A DNA stretch of 63,899 nt, filler included, from Rhabdomonas costata (GCA_019059605.1; 57 parts of 57 records of this genome joined end to end with filler, not necessarily neighbours in it); one strand, 5' to 3'; positions 25,569-38,963 are shown, counted from the whole stretch's first letter. A program made the numbers and translations. The notes: a model not told the origin generated them from the sequence alone.

Positions 25569-28373
25569 CTTTTTGCAAGCAAATCAGGCGTACGCACGCG
25601 AATAAATGTGCCAGGGAAAGTGGAATATTCAAATTAGCGAACACATTCGCCACACACATGAGCCCCCAAATGAGGGGGTCTTGCACATGGGTGGGGACGC
25701 ATAGCATCAGCTCCACAGAGGAAGACGTGNNNNNNNNNNNNNNNNNNNNNNNNNNNNNNNNNNNNNNNNNNNNTTAATTAATTAANNNNNNNNNNNNNNN
25801 NNNNNNNNNNNNNNNNNNNNNNNNNNNNNGTGTTGGTTGTGTATCTTACATAACGTGGCAAGGCGGGATCCAAACGGCATAACAACGCCACGTTGCATAT
25901 AAGGTATTAAATCACTGCAATGTGGTAACGAGACCAGCGGTTTCGATCACATCACGCAACTTAGAATTGAACAGCATCCACATTCCCTTTGCTAAAAAAC
26001 AAGGTATGCAAATAAATTAACGGTTCGACGTGGCGTGCGCAGGATGGAGCAGAGGGACCTCTCCAAGAAAACAAACGACAGCTCGCACTTCGACAATTCC
26101 GTGAAATGCGAGCGGGACACCAGCAGGCTGCCGCCGCCCGCTCCTTCTTGGAACCTCAGCAGAGACTGCAAAAAGGAAAAACAAAACGGTTCCGCTGAGA
26201 AAATGAGCAAATCATACATTTCCTTCAAGCACAGCTGCATCTCAACAGTGAGACATATATCCTGGGACTCTGTTGCAAAACGTCCCCTGCATTCCCGAAC
26301 CTTACTTGCTGACGAGAAAGTTCTGACGGTCCCGAGGTCTTTAACCCTTCAACCCTTGAAAACCGCAGAGTACACGTTGATTTTGCAACAAAAAAGCGTT
26401 GGGAAGGGCAAAAACAACTTGAACTCTACCAACTGCCTTCAAATGGGCGAAAAACTGGTCATCCCCATTTTTACAACGCTTAATGAAGAATGTTTGTGGT
26501 CTTCACTGTGTAGATATAGTTGCTTTCGTCATGAAACACCCCCGGAAGAATGAGCGCCAGCAGGGCCACCAAGAGCGTCCTCGAGACGCAATGCTATTGT
26601 CCTTTGTCAATCCAACCGGTCTCTCCACAACCAACGCATTTTCCATATGCTCACCCTACCATTGTTCCTGTTGTCTTCCTGACGACTTTCCCAACTTTAC
26701 CCCCAGGTCTCTAAACACGCACACACGCACACACATAATTGGTGTGTGGCAAGAGAATTTTTCTGGTGAGGACAACTCCCCACTGGGCTCCAACTTTCGA
26801 TAGGGCATGGGCCCATCGGCAGCACACTCTTGCCGATCCACCGTACTTCGTCNNNNNNNNNNNNNNNNNNNNNNNNNNNNNNNNNNNNNNNNNNNNTTAA
26901 TTAATTAANNNNNNNNNNNNNNNNNNNNNNNNNNNNNNNNNNNNNNNNNNNNGTGTTGTGGTAGGCTGGGGCCTGGTCTGCTTCCCCGGAGGGGGAGGGG
27001 AGTGCTGGGCTGTAGGACGACCGGCGCTGCCATTCCCCTCCGCCCCCTGTATGAGAGTCAGAAAGAAAGCGTGTGTGTGTGTGTGTGGCCTGGCAGATTG
27101 ATGGCGGGCGTGTCCACCTCTCCCCCCCTCACTCCTTGTACGTGAAGCCTCTTTTGTCTTTCCGGGGGGGGGGACTTCCAAAAGAACCCGCCTGGTATTC
27201 TGCGGGCCTCCGGATCTGGGACTGGGATCTGGGCACCAATTACCCCATCAATGGTAGGGGTGGGGGGAAGGGCAGTACCAGTCACTTCGGCTCCCATCTT
27301 CAGTCTATTGGCTGGGTGCCTTCCCACATGGACCCCATAGGGCCGGAGTGGGATCTGGAGGATCTGGCATGGGTATCGAGACGTGAGCTAAACTGACCCT
27401 GTCAGTAGTTATCCTGAGTTGAGTTGGGTGGTTGTTTTTCAGCCTCTCTCTCTATATCGTATCACCAAGTTGCGATATCTTAAAGGATTCATCTTGAGGT
27501 CTTGTTTGGCTCCTGCACTGCTCTGAGTGGGACGGGGAGCGGGGAGGGAGGCGGGACACAAACCTCGATGCCACGGCGCCTCGCCCGCTCCTCCTCCCCT
27601 CCCTCTCTCGGCTCCTTCTGCTCCTTCTCGGGCTTGCCGCCCTTTCGCTCCAGCTGTTCGACACGCTGCTCCTGAAAACAAAAAGAGAAAAGGTCATCCA
27701 CATCCTCGGCACACTTGGCACCCCGGCCCTTCAGGAACCCGACACAGACACTCACCAGTTAAGCGCGACTAGCTCAGAAAAATGGGAGGCATCCGCTTTT
27801 CGATTCGTCTTTGGACACCCACAAACACACTGCATCGGCACAAAATGTGGTCCTTAATTTGCCTGCATTTCAGATTTCAAAAAGATCCATCACGCAAACT
27901 CACTCCATATTAAGCTCATTCACAGTTCAACTCCCACCGCCCCATATTCCATCCCTCTCCCTGCAACCACAAACANNNNNNNNNNNNNNNNNNNNNNNNN
28001 NNNNNNNNNNNNNNNNNNNTTAATTAATTAANNNNNNNNNNNNNNNNNNNNNNNNNNNNNNNNNNNNNNNNNNNNTTGTATTGGAGTCCCTGAGAAGCGT
28101 CACACATCGTCAGAGGGCTAGGTCGAAGCAGGCCTGGAGTCTTCGGTATATTCAGCAGGCCACTCGAAACTTTGCGTTGCCATTCCTTGGGGTCGTTTTG
28201 TTGGGTTTTCTGACTCTCTCTTCTTTCTCGGCTGGTGCCCTATGTGCCCCTTGGCCATTTGGTATCCCCTTCTTACGCCGCTTTTTACTCTACGCTGCGG
28301 AGGGTTTATGACACCACCCAAGCACACATGCATAATAGCTGCTCATTTTGGGGGGCCCACGTTACAGCCCAAC

Positions 28374-28574
28374 CTGGTGGAGGACAGGTTCAAGGCTGAG
28401 ATGCTGCTCCACCCTCTCGTCCAGCTCCAGCACCTGCCCGTTGTGCACCCCATACACCATGCGCACCACCGGAGGCAGCCGCGTCCCCAGGGCTTGCTCC
28501 GCAGAGAGAAAGTCTCTTGCTCGGGCCCCCGGGGCCAGCGACGCCAGCACATCGGGGCAGTGGTCGCCCAGCCA
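28374..28574 (-). CDS. SMI1/KNR4 (SUKH) domain exon, FBXO3/SKIP16-like
   Basis: 67-codon AG/GT-bounded exon WLGDHCPDVLASLAPGA..AEQALGTRLPPVVRMVYGVHNGQ. Confidence 0.75.
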
Positions 28575-29387
28575 CTGCTTCAGTGCGACCCAAACGGAGG
28601 CGGGGTATTATTCCAGTACGAGCCACTCTCCACTTGAAGGAGAAGCGATCGAAATTGGAGGCACCAGCGGATGTGCTCCGCTCGTCAAGACGGCATTATT
28701 TGTTTGGGGCGGACCGGAGAGACAAACCGGCGTGACGCTTAGCAAGGGGGAGGGGCAATCTGCTGCCACTCACCGTAACTTATAGCGTGTAAATGACTCC
28801 GGTCCCACACGCTTAGCATGCCCCAATCCCATCAACACAATTCAGCAGCGATCATAAGGGGCTAACCAAAGAATACCCATCCTCAAATCACTGGAACATT
28901 TGACACAACCAGTCTTCCAAGCCCCCCCCCCCAACATTGGTGGGTGCAAAAAAAATGGATGTTTCGTGTGCTAGTTGCCACCAGAGACAAGGCGGAGAAG
29001 GGGTCGTTTGTGGAAAATAATCCCCACTGCAGAGGCCACTCTGAGGTACATCGGGATGTCGAAATCCGGGACATCGAGCCCCAGCCCAACGCGAAGCCNN
29101 NNNNNNNNNNNNNNNNNNNNNNNNNNNNNNNNNNNNNNNNNNTTAATTAATTAANNNNNNNNNNNNNNNNNNNNNNNNNNNNNNNNNNNNNNNNNNNNGG
29201 TGTGTGTGTAATCTTTCGCGACTTCCTTCGACGTTCTGCTTCTGGCAGCACTTTGAAAGTGCGCCTATCACTCCTATCTTCTTCTTGTCACACGACGAAG
29301 CATGCTCCAGCCTTGCATTGGGCCAGATAGTGTCGTGTAGTGGAGATGATGGTGGTGATCGTGTGTGCGTGAGCAGCAGATGTCAAC

Positions 29388-30221
29388 CGGCCACGCAAAT
29401 TTTCGATGGTTTGAGACTGCTGCTGCACCAGCTCATCGTTCTTGGTCAGGATCTCCTGATTCTCCACGTACCTGCGCATTCGCAGCAGAGAGATTGGGGG
29501 AGGGGGAGAGCAAATAATAATAAATCAGAATACCGGTCCTGGTTGAACCGAAGGTTGAACCTTGAAAACGTGCCCAAGGCGATATACTGGGGGACTGGGT
29601 GTCCGAAAAATTCTCGAGGGATGGCGAGTGCGGTGACGCGCCGGGGGCTCTTCGGAAGCACCCACCCGGTCTCTTTAGTTAGCCTCAGATCATCATGCAA
29701 TTGAGAAGAGAAGAGTGGGTTGGACTTTAACGGTGGAGACAACAGCAGTTGGCAGCTGTCGGTCCCTCGTGCACCAAAACCCGTTGTCTTATGATTGTGC
29801 TTATGGGGGTTCCTTCTACCAGCGTATCTTGGCCTGCAGCGTGCTCAGCTCCTCGGAGTGATCTTGCTGGGCCTTCTTCAGCGCCGTCTCCAACTGCCGG
29901 ATTTGCAGGTCATCACTGGCCACCTTTTCCCAGTCTACCCCCGCAAGGCGGGACTCCAAGTCCTGCAAGAGAGAGAAAGAGAGAGACAGGGAGCATTTGG
30001 CCAACACAGCCCGCTTCCTCTTGCTAAACTTGTCTCCATCACATCCAACCCCAATTCCTGTCACCAAACATCTGATCCCGCCCTGCTGTGACAAGTGATT
30101 AATGAAGGGGTGGGCGCACGGGCCTTCTTCTGCTTCTTCACGGCGTCCAGCTGCAGCTGCCACTCCTCCTCGCGGACCTGCTGCTCGCGCTGCAACCGGT
30201 GCACCGTGGCCTGGAGATCGC
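29388..30221 (-). CDS. CEP162-like coiled-coil protein, partial (three exons)
   Basis: Splicing 29820 to 29471 gives LQAKIRWYVENQEILTKNDELVQQQSQTIENLR, similar to the WYAENQELL motif of CEP162. Confidence 0.55.
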
Positions 30222-30519
30222 NNNNNNNNNNNNNNNNNNNNNNNNNNNNNNNNNNNNNNNNNNNNTTAATTAATTAANNNNNNNNNNNNNNNNNNNNNNN
30301 NNNNNNNNNNNNNNNNNNNNNGAGAGGTCCAGAGGTTGCGAGGCAAGAGCTGAACATCCGCGTGAGAAAACAAAAATGAGTACGCGCGGGTCAGCAAGTG
30401 TGCCGTGGGAAGACCAGGGCACACAAGCCACTGGAGGGATCCGAGAAGGCGTTTAAAAGAACGAAATGAGTATTTACAACAACGGAGACACCACAAATGA
30501 AACATACAGTGCCCGGTGT

Positions 30520-31342
30520 GTCGGGGATCGTTGAGCAGTGTGCCTTCAGCGGCAGAAAGCATATTATCAAGTCAAGAGATAGCACGGGATGGGGTGAGCA
30601 CATATTTTGGACTTATGAGGAAGCCTTGAACTGAGAGAAGGTGAACCAGACATTCAACGCCAAACACGAGAAAATGAGGGTCTTCAGAGGCGAGAAGTAT
30701 GTCATCCATGAATTGCCAGCAAAGTACAGGAAACAGGCAATGAAGAGGTCCAATGATGCGATGGATGGTGAGTTGGGCAAGGAGAGGACTCCAGCGCCAG
30801 CCGAAAGGGAGACAACGGGAACCGTAAACGGCCATCAAACAAACCAAATGAAAACGCATACCCGAACCCACACAAACGGAGGCTGCTTGACTCGCCAAGA
30901 GGCTTGCCAAAATGAAATGGTTCCGAGCTGGGCTGAGCCCGTCGGCAACGGCAGATTCGACGCGGAACTGCGCCGCTTAGTCCTTGTCTTCAACCAGAGG
31001 GGCATATCCCGAAACAGGCCCCAAACAGCTCCCTTCTCGTCGGGAAGACTCCGGGCCGATCGAGCAGATCTCCGGGCTCACTCCTGCAACCACCCCGGGG
31101 GCGTCTGGACCTGATCCGAGATGAAACCCCTTTACAGTGGGTGGTAAAGACAGGGACCAAAAGCAGTTCAGTAAATCAACTTTGCAAACCAGAGAGTCCG
31201 AAAACGTTGCCGATGCAGCAGGGATGCAAATGAAGGAATGGAGAAGAAAGGTGGACGGTGGAAGCAAGTGTTGTATACGCGCATGTCGGAAATCAGGCGA
31301 GCTTTGGATTCCGACATGCGCGTATACAACACTTGCTCCCAC
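30520..31342 (-). mobile_element. Degenerate DIRS/Ngaro-type reverse transcriptase, interrupted by a 273-nt insertion
   Basis: CKVDLLNCFWSLSLP, CLPFGWRWSP, QFMDDILL, LSVQGFLISPKYVLTP; stop codon where the conserved WLG is expected. Confidence 0.8.
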
Positions 31343-32701
31343 CCNNNNNNNNNNNNNNNNNNNNNNNNNNNNNNNNNNNNNNNNNNNNTTAATTAATTAA
31401 NNNNNNNNNNNNNNNNNNNNNNNNNNNNNNNNNNNNNNNNNNNNGGGGGTGGTGCTCTTGCAAGCGTTGAACAGAGGCTATGAGCGGCCCGAAGAGCTGC
31501 TGCGCCCATGCAGGTGGGGGTTCAGACATAGCAAGGAGGGAAAATAGAAGGGGTGATGCGAAAGATATAAAGTGACCTGAGAGAGGGCGGTGAAATTTCA
31601 GTTTCCTGTGGTTGCTTCAACCACCAGAAGATTCATCTTCATTTCGTGTTTGCGGATGCGTTGAGATAACACCGCTCCGCTTTGGGCGGAGCTGAATTGG
31701 GCAGTGCGCAGTTGTGGGCATTGGTCGTCCAGCGCGGTGGGACCACGCTGACACGAAAAAGAAAAAGTGGAAACATACCGAGGCCAAGCATAACGGCGGA
31801 GGCGGAGGCATCGCCATTTCGTCAAACCTAAGAAAAGGACAAAAAGCACTCACCAGTCAGATTTGCCTGGTGGGCTCATACATGAACAGCATTGGCCACT
31901 TCCCCGGGGCTTGATCAGTTCCCCCCCCACACACTATTCAACCGCGTGCATAGCGAAGGTCGCTCAATCCCAGAAAAACGTGTCTGGCGCGTAGGTGTTT
32001 GGCTCAGACCGCGCGGCGTCTGCCTTCGCACAAAAATAACCTGTCCAGGGTTTCATCAGAGTAAAAAGAATCGTTTTTAGTCTCCCCGACATTTTGCACA
32101 GTAGTTGATACTCAACAGCAATGGCAACTCACGGCGTGTGAAAAGGTGTTGAGGGAGAGGGCGAAACAGACCAGGGCCCTTTCCCGCCGTCCGTTCTAGC
32201 TGTCGTTTTTGTACCCCAAAATTTGCAGCACATGGGCTTAAACTCTGTTCACTCATTGGTGTGGTGGCGCCATTAGCGCTGACTTGCAAAAACATTTGAA
32301 GAAAGATTAGGATAACTTCAAATAACTTCAATCCAAACCGCTCCTCGCAAGACCCTATACTTCCGCCCTCATACCACGTCGCCATGGGGCTGAGGCCGAC
32401 GTGAAGCCCGTTGGCGGAGGTCTGGACCATGGTGGGGGACTCGGGGTTCCCTGAGTCCCCCACCACANNNNNNNNNNNNNNNNNNNNNNNNNNNNNNNNN
32501 NNNNNNNNNNNTTAATTAATTAANNNNNNNNNNNNNNNNNNNNNNNNNNNNNNNNNNNNNNNNNNNNGTGGTTGTTTGTCACACTGGTGCGCAGTCCAGC
32601 GAGATAAAACGCCGCCTGCCTGTGTGCCTGCCTTCCTGTTTGGTGCCCCGCGGAGTGCAAGTTTCGTGTGAGTGCAGGTTTCGGTGGTGGGTCTGCCACA
32701 C

Positions 32702-32874
32702 CGGTAATCCAGGTAGATGGCGTTGTAGAGGTCCCCCTTCAGCAGCTGCAGGCCCACGGGGAGGAATGGAGAGGCCTCGCAGATCGTGTCCAGCAGCAGG
32801 CAGCACACCGCGACCCGCAAGCGGTCGGGGGAGCGCAGGCCGTGGGTCAGGCTGTAGAGCTGCTTCAGCACAAC
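32702..32874 (-). CDS. Hypothetical protein exon
   Basis: GC3-rich, AG/GT-bounded: VVLKQLYSLTHGLRSPDRLRVAVCCLLLDTICEASPFLPVGLQLLKGDLYNAIYLDY. Confidence 0.6.
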
Positions 32875-34881
32875 CTGGAGGATAAAAAAGCAAAGCGGGA
32901 GAGGAAGCGGCGCTTAAAAAAGCGCAGAACAGGAGAAACCACACAAGAGCCTCTGCATATTGTTTTCGCTTCCTTTCAGTGACCACTTGTGTTGGATGAA
33001 GTAGAGAATGTTAGCATATTAAGCCCCACGAGTTGGATTGGCGGCATGAGTGAGATACGTTGGTCGCGCGATGGCACGGAAGAGCAGCAAGCAGGGCAAG
33101 AAAGCGACACTTCGGCCCGTGTTGTCCACCACGGTGAGCTCCGTAAAACAGCGATCCTGTCGTCTATTGTCCTCGCGGGTTTCCCGTGGGTTTCTTTTGG
33201 ATGTGTGCCAGGCAGTTGCCACTTGCCACCCTCTCCGTCTCCCCCTATGGCTTGTCTTCTTTGCTTTTAGATGTGTACTTTTTATATGTGTACCGCACCC
33301 CAGCCCGCCAGTTTGACGCACCTCACTCCCTTGTGCCAAACTCCTCTGGCCTTTTCTTCGTTGTATCTAATTGGCTACACTGCCTTCAAACTCAGATAAC
33401 TTGTCCCGCTCTTGTGCGGTTCTATGGCATTTCCACTTCTGCAGCCCATCCCCAGATATGCAAAGCAAGAAAAATGAAACCTCGACCCAGAGAAGGACAT
33501 CTCCGGGCTTCTTGGTACGAGGCGCGGACTGGGCCCACCGCAGGAAAAGCCTGCGCTGCTCCCCCTCATCCCCGGTCGACACCCAAAAACNNNNNNNNNN
33601 NNNNNNNNNNNNNNNNNNNNNNNNNNNNNNNNNNTTAATTAATTAANNNNNNNNNNNNNNNNNNNNNNNNNNNNNNNNNNNNNNNNNNNNCCCAGGATGC
33701 AACTTTTTTTTGGGGGGGGGGGCGGGCAGAACATCGTTTCAGAATAACAAAGGCTGATAACTTAAAAACACATACTAATCCACGCACATCTTCTGCAGAT
33801 AACGACAGAAAATGCTTCCCGCAACACTACGACGTCACAGCAAAACGCAAAAATGTCGATAAAGGATACAACAACAACCAACTTGTTCAAAGTATGAGTG
33901 AAGAAACAAACACAAAAAGAGAACGAACGACTGGGGCAGAGGAGTCTTCGAAGGGAGCAGTAACAGCAAATGTTTTGAGAAAAGAACAAGAGAAAAAGGA
34001 GGCAAAGAAGGAGAGGAGAGGGTGGGCGAGCACCGGTCAAGGGCTTCTCCTGGGAGGGCATCATTCCTGGGAACATCATTTTTGGGGGCTTACCCACCCC
34101 TGCCGGATCACCAATACACTGAAGTGAACCCCTCCTCAAATGAAAAACGAAGCACAAAGAACGAAAACTCTGCAGAAAAGAAAACCCCCCCCCCCGCGAT
34201 AACGAGTGTGCAAGGTCCCCCAGGACTAAATCTCGAAGAACTCCTTCACGCCGTATTGTTCTCGAAAAGCCGCCTTCGCATTTGTCTTGTCTGAGAACAG
34301 TTGCACCATTAGCAGTGCAAAGCACACTTCTGCAGTGAACTCAGGCAAGAGCATTACAAAGGAAGCCCTTGCTGGGCCTTTGCTGCAGATGTGGAATACC
34401 ACAGGACAGTGTTCCGGTTCGTCGCCGTCAGCCAAGTGAAAGGTGAAAATCGCATTCGGACCCATTTCGAGCAAAAAAGCGGAAGCCATCAAAGCCCATT
34501 GGAAAATAATCGCATCAGCCTGAGTAATTGAGCATTGACCACCGCAGTGTCTGTTTCTGGACCACTACGATTGCATTGCCCGGACGGTGGGGGTCTCGGT
34601 TGTGAAGCACGGGGAAGGGCCTCCCCAATACAACCAATGCTTTCTATCCTCTGCCTCTCCTCTTCACTCAGGTGCAGGATTCAGCCTGAACGGTTCTCTT
34701 TTCTCACCAAACCNNNNNNNNNNNNNNNNNNNNNNNNNNNNNNNNNNNNNNNNNNNNTTAATTAATTAANNNNNNNNNNNNNNNNNNNNNNNNNNNNNNN
34801 NNNNNNNNNNNNNGGGTGTGGTGATTTTTGTAGTCGCAGTGTGTGGGCTTATCGGACTTCGTGTGAGGGTTCGTGGCACAG

Positions 34882-35694
34882 GTCTCTGGCACGCTGTTCC
34901 CCGGCACAGTGGCCTTTCTGGTGGTGATCCCCACGGGCTACCTCGTCGCCAGCTCTGTGGAGGGCCAGGCGTTGTTCACCACCGTCTTCACAACGAGCGG
35001 TACTCCGGATAGAGTGACTGCTGTGGAGGCGGACAACGCCGCGCTGCGGAGCATCAGTGCGGGCATCGTGGACCCCTCCACTGGGTGGAAGCGCTTCTTG
35101 GATACCGTTCCTGGGCAGGACACCGCGATCTCTGTGTCTGGGTACTTCGCCAACGTGCGCCGAGTAGATGTCCAGGTCAGCACGTCAGCATCGTTTGCTG
35201 CTCGATTTAAACCCTACACAAATGTGCAGCTTTTTTTGTGAGGTCTACTTTGTGTGCCCTCAGTCGCATTTTCCCTTGCCCGCTGTCGTTTTCTTATAGC
35301 TCTGGCATATCTGCGAACACCTGCATGCACACATACACGGACACAGATTCTCCACAAAGGACCTGTGAGACAAGAAGATGGGTTCCCGTATGCCCGGCAG
35401 TGAGTCAATACCCCCACGGCACGTGCGTTGCGTAGTTCTAAGTGAAATGTGTCTAATTTTAAATCTCTCCGGTCCGCACGCCAGCCCCTCGTTCACGCGT
35501 ACCGATCTGGAAAGCTTCATTCCCAATGTCGTCTTCGCGGTACTCACGCGGCAGGGTTCCAAACAAAAAACCCCTCACAAACACACAGGGCTTGCAGTGG
35601 GCTTTGGTGGTGGGCACGGACACCAACATTTGGCTGGCGAAGGTCAACTCGGGGGTCCCCTTTACCGTGGGCATGGTGGTGGTCTGCATCGTTG
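34882..35694 (+). CDS. Cache-like extracellular sensor C-terminus plus TM helix (exons 34882-35175, 35589-~35694)
   Basis: AFLVVIPTGYLVASS..GLQWALVVGTD followed by hydrophobic FTVGMVVVCIV; phase-0 GT-AG intron. Confidence 0.6.
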
Positions 35695-35831
35695 GGTGTG
35701 TAGCACGTGTGGCCCCATATTTCCATTGAATCCGGGTTTGTGACACTTTGTGGTAGCGGCGGTGGGGTGTAAACTGTATTCAATGGAAATATGGGGCCAC
35801 ACGTGCTACACACCCAACGATGCAGACCACC
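35678..35831. repeat. 54-bp perfect inverted duplication at contig end (probable fold-back chimera)
   Basis: 35678-35731 is the exact reverse complement of 35778-35831. Confidence 0.9.
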
Positions 35832-35936
35832 CCCACNNNNNNNNNNNNNNNNNNNNNNNNNNNNNNNNNNNNNNNNNNNNTTAATTAATTAANNNNNNNN
35901 NNNNNNNNNNNNNNNNNNNNNNNNNNNNNNNNNNNN

Positions 35937-36760
35937 CTATGGGTAAGAGGAATACACGCCGAAGAACCCCAACACCGACTACACCGACTCCATGAAATCC
36001 TCGACTCGGGAACACGAAACCCAAACGCATGAAACCACGAACCCAACACCAGCACTTCACAAGCACAGAACCCACGCACAGACCCCACCACCGAAACCTG
36101 ACCCCACGCACCACCACGAAATCCACGCAACACCTCCCATGAACACAATCCCAACACCGACACCTAGCCCCTGACCACCGGAATACCATCACCACAATAG
36201 AGAAGCTGCCCCAGAAACCCTGCCCAACACCGGCCCCTTCAACCCCGACTCAGAACCACCCATGAACGCAAGAAGAGACCATTCGTGAACGCAAGCCAAC
36301 TACCAGGAAGCCAATGCAGCTAGAAGATGCACCCAAGAACTCCAACCCCGACCTCGACACCGAAACCCCTCCACCCCAACGCAACGCATGAAGTCAACAC
36401 CTCCCATAGTTCCTGTCCCTAGATCGAATGCCTAGCCCCCAATGCACCACCCATGAACGCAAGGAAAGACCATACGTGAAAGCAAACCAACTACCTGGAG
36501 AGTGCATGCTAGAAGAAGCACTACCGAACCCGAAGACCTGACACCTGAAGGCCTCGAAACCCAACCCCTAACCCCGAAACCCAGACCCCGAACCCAGAAA
36601 CGCAAGAAGGACCCCAACCCCATATCCACGGGTTCAGCAGTGTAGCCTACCCCAGCACCCCGAATACCGACACCCAAGACCTGAAGCCGAAGACAGAAAT
36701 CCAACCCCTAACCCCGAACCCGAAACGCGAAAACCAAAAACCCCAAAGACCCACGCGGAT
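35937..36760 (+). repeat. C/A-rich degenerate repeat region
   Basis: A diverged block cacccatgaacgcaag..accaactacc..ctagaaga at ~36257 and ~36448, plus recurring aacccctaaccccgaa. Confidence 0.6.
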
Positions 36761-37703
36761 TTCTGACCCTCCTAAGAAATGAGAGAGAGGGTCCAGGTGT
36801 CCCGCACCCCCTCCCTACCCGTATGTGGGACTCGAGGGGCTACCTACCCTACCTGAGGTGAGTGTGGGGGTGCGGGTCCAGTCCACCAAGATGCACCTAC
36901 TCCGGAGGGCTCGCTGCGCACCCCTCCTACGTGACCTCCACCACCAAATACTCCGGGGAGNNNNNNNNNNNNNNNNNNNNNNNNNNNNNNNNNNNNNNNN
37001 NNNNTTAATTAATTAANNNNNNNNNNNNNNNNNNNNNNNNNNNNNNNNNNNNNNNNNNNNGAAACGCTGCGTGGCCGGGTTTTGGGGTCAGCATTTCCTG
37101 ACCTTTCACCGTCGGCGTTAACGGGGCTCCCTTGGCGGCTCTTTCATATCCCTTTTGCGCCGCTACTTGCCCATGCAGCGGAGGGTTTACGACAGCACCC
37201 ACACGTATTTACAAAGAAGAAATCAGTGCTGGCACCCGGCGTGCAGGTGGGTGGACGGTGTGCCAGCATACAATTCTTCCTCTTATCAAAACTCAGGTAA
37301 ACCGAGGTAAAGCAGGCGTATAAAAAACGACCCTTCCAAGGAGTAATACCATCCCACCACATATGAGCCCCACCCGGTCACCCTTGCTCGAGTTCTGAGG
37401 TCAATGCTAGGTCTCAGGTCCGGAAGGTACCATGGCGGATGTCACCCAGCGAATAGGGTGACGTTTTGGAAAGAAATAAGTAGTCCTATCCCCATTTCCG
37501 ATGAAGCCCAAGACGATTGGTGAGGTTCCGGAGGCCAGCTGAAGAGGATAGATAGGCCCACCTGGTAGAACCCCCAGAACAGAGAAAAAGAACTGTAAGG
37601 TTGCAGATCGAACTTCATCAATTAAATTTGATGGTGATGATTAATATTGTTTTGTATCCTGCTTGGGCCCACCGTTTTCTGCCTGGGAGTTGTCACACAG
37701 CCG

Positions 37704-37753
37704 CATCAGCATCAGCAACAGCAGCAGCAGCAGCAGCAGCAGCACAACAGCAG
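37704..37753 (+). repeat. (CAG)n-type microsatellite in the SLU7 intron
   Basis: CAG/CAT/CAA run next to the donor site. Confidence 0.9.
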
Positions 37754-37758
37754 CACAC

Positions 37759-37877
37759 CGACTCTGCGGGGCCTCTCCAGGCAGTCCTTCAGCTTGTGGG
37801 TCATCGCCCCGCAGTTCTCGCATGCCCCTTTGCGGTACTTCGTCGGTGCCGGGCCGGCACGCTCCCCTCGGTTGTAC
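37759..37877 (-). CDS. SLU7: Pre-mRNA splicing factor SLU7, zinc-knuckle exon
   Basis: [44 protein letters not shown]-bounded. Confidence 0.96.
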
Positions 37878-38447
37878 CTAAGCGCCAGCCGCGGCATGAA
37901 TGCATCGCAAGGTCACCAAATCAGAAAGATAAAGCAGTGACAGGTTCAGATACATAAAGATACATAAAGGCGATAAAGCCATATTAACCCCCACTGCCGT
38001 GTAATTTTGCCTCCGCTACCGCCACGTGTTCCAATAAGGTGCGCCTTTTCAAAACGGAAAGAGAGATACGAACTCTGGGAAAGNNNNNNNNNNNNNNNNN
38101 NNNNNNNNNNNNNNNNNNNNNNNNNNNTTAATTAATTAANNNNNNNNNNNNNNNNNNNNNNNNNNNNNNNNNNNNNNNNNNNNGTCTGACGGCGAGGGTG
38201 GATGGTAACCTGTTGGACTCAGGCAGGAAAAGCCGGAACATTTTTGTCACTGGAAACGTTTGTTTCGTGATTTAATTTGATGTTCTATGCCCAAGCGTGC
38301 GCGTGCCCCACCACTTCAAATGAAAGTAGTGTAAACATTTCCCGGAGTTGAAAGCCAAAAAACTCTCTTTTGATCCAAGGATTTTCTCTTTCTCTTCCGT
38401 TTTTCTGAATAAATTCAGTCCACTTCGGTCACTTGGGGATGTCGCAG

Positions 38448-38963
38448 ATATCAAGGGAGATAACATCTTGGCGGATGACGAGGGCACTGTGAAGCTGGCC
38501 GACTTTGGCTGCTCCAAGCAGCTCAATGGTCCCTGGCATGCCCGGTCCCTTCTGGTTTTGACGGTAGTGGGGTGGCAAACTCTCGCTTTTTTTATACCAA
38601 TGAGGAATCCCTAATCCTCCGTGGAAACATACGGCACTGCGGCGCAGACACGTGAGTTCTTGCAGCGGCTGGGGTGCTGCGTCAAGCAAGAAGCGAGAAG
38701 GTACGAGAGAGATCTGAAGAGGAATACAAAAGACAAAAAAACACATGGGGGTTGTTCCGTTATTTGGGCTGTCAACATTAGTCCCTTGCCAAACCAACCG
38801 CGGGGTGAAACACCCTAATTAGTGCACTGAAGAGTCTGTTCTCATGGCGGTTTTCTGACTCCTTGTTTCATTCTTCCTTTTCAAATGCTCTCATGACGCT
38901 GTGTTTTGTGCGCGCAGAGATCTGCAGCACGACCCATGGCTGCAAGACGATGGTCGGAACCCC
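38448..38963 (+). CDS. STE11/MAPKKK-type Ser/Thr kinase, partial (exons 38448-38528, 38918-38963)
   Basis: [43 protein letters not shown]. Confidence 0.92.
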
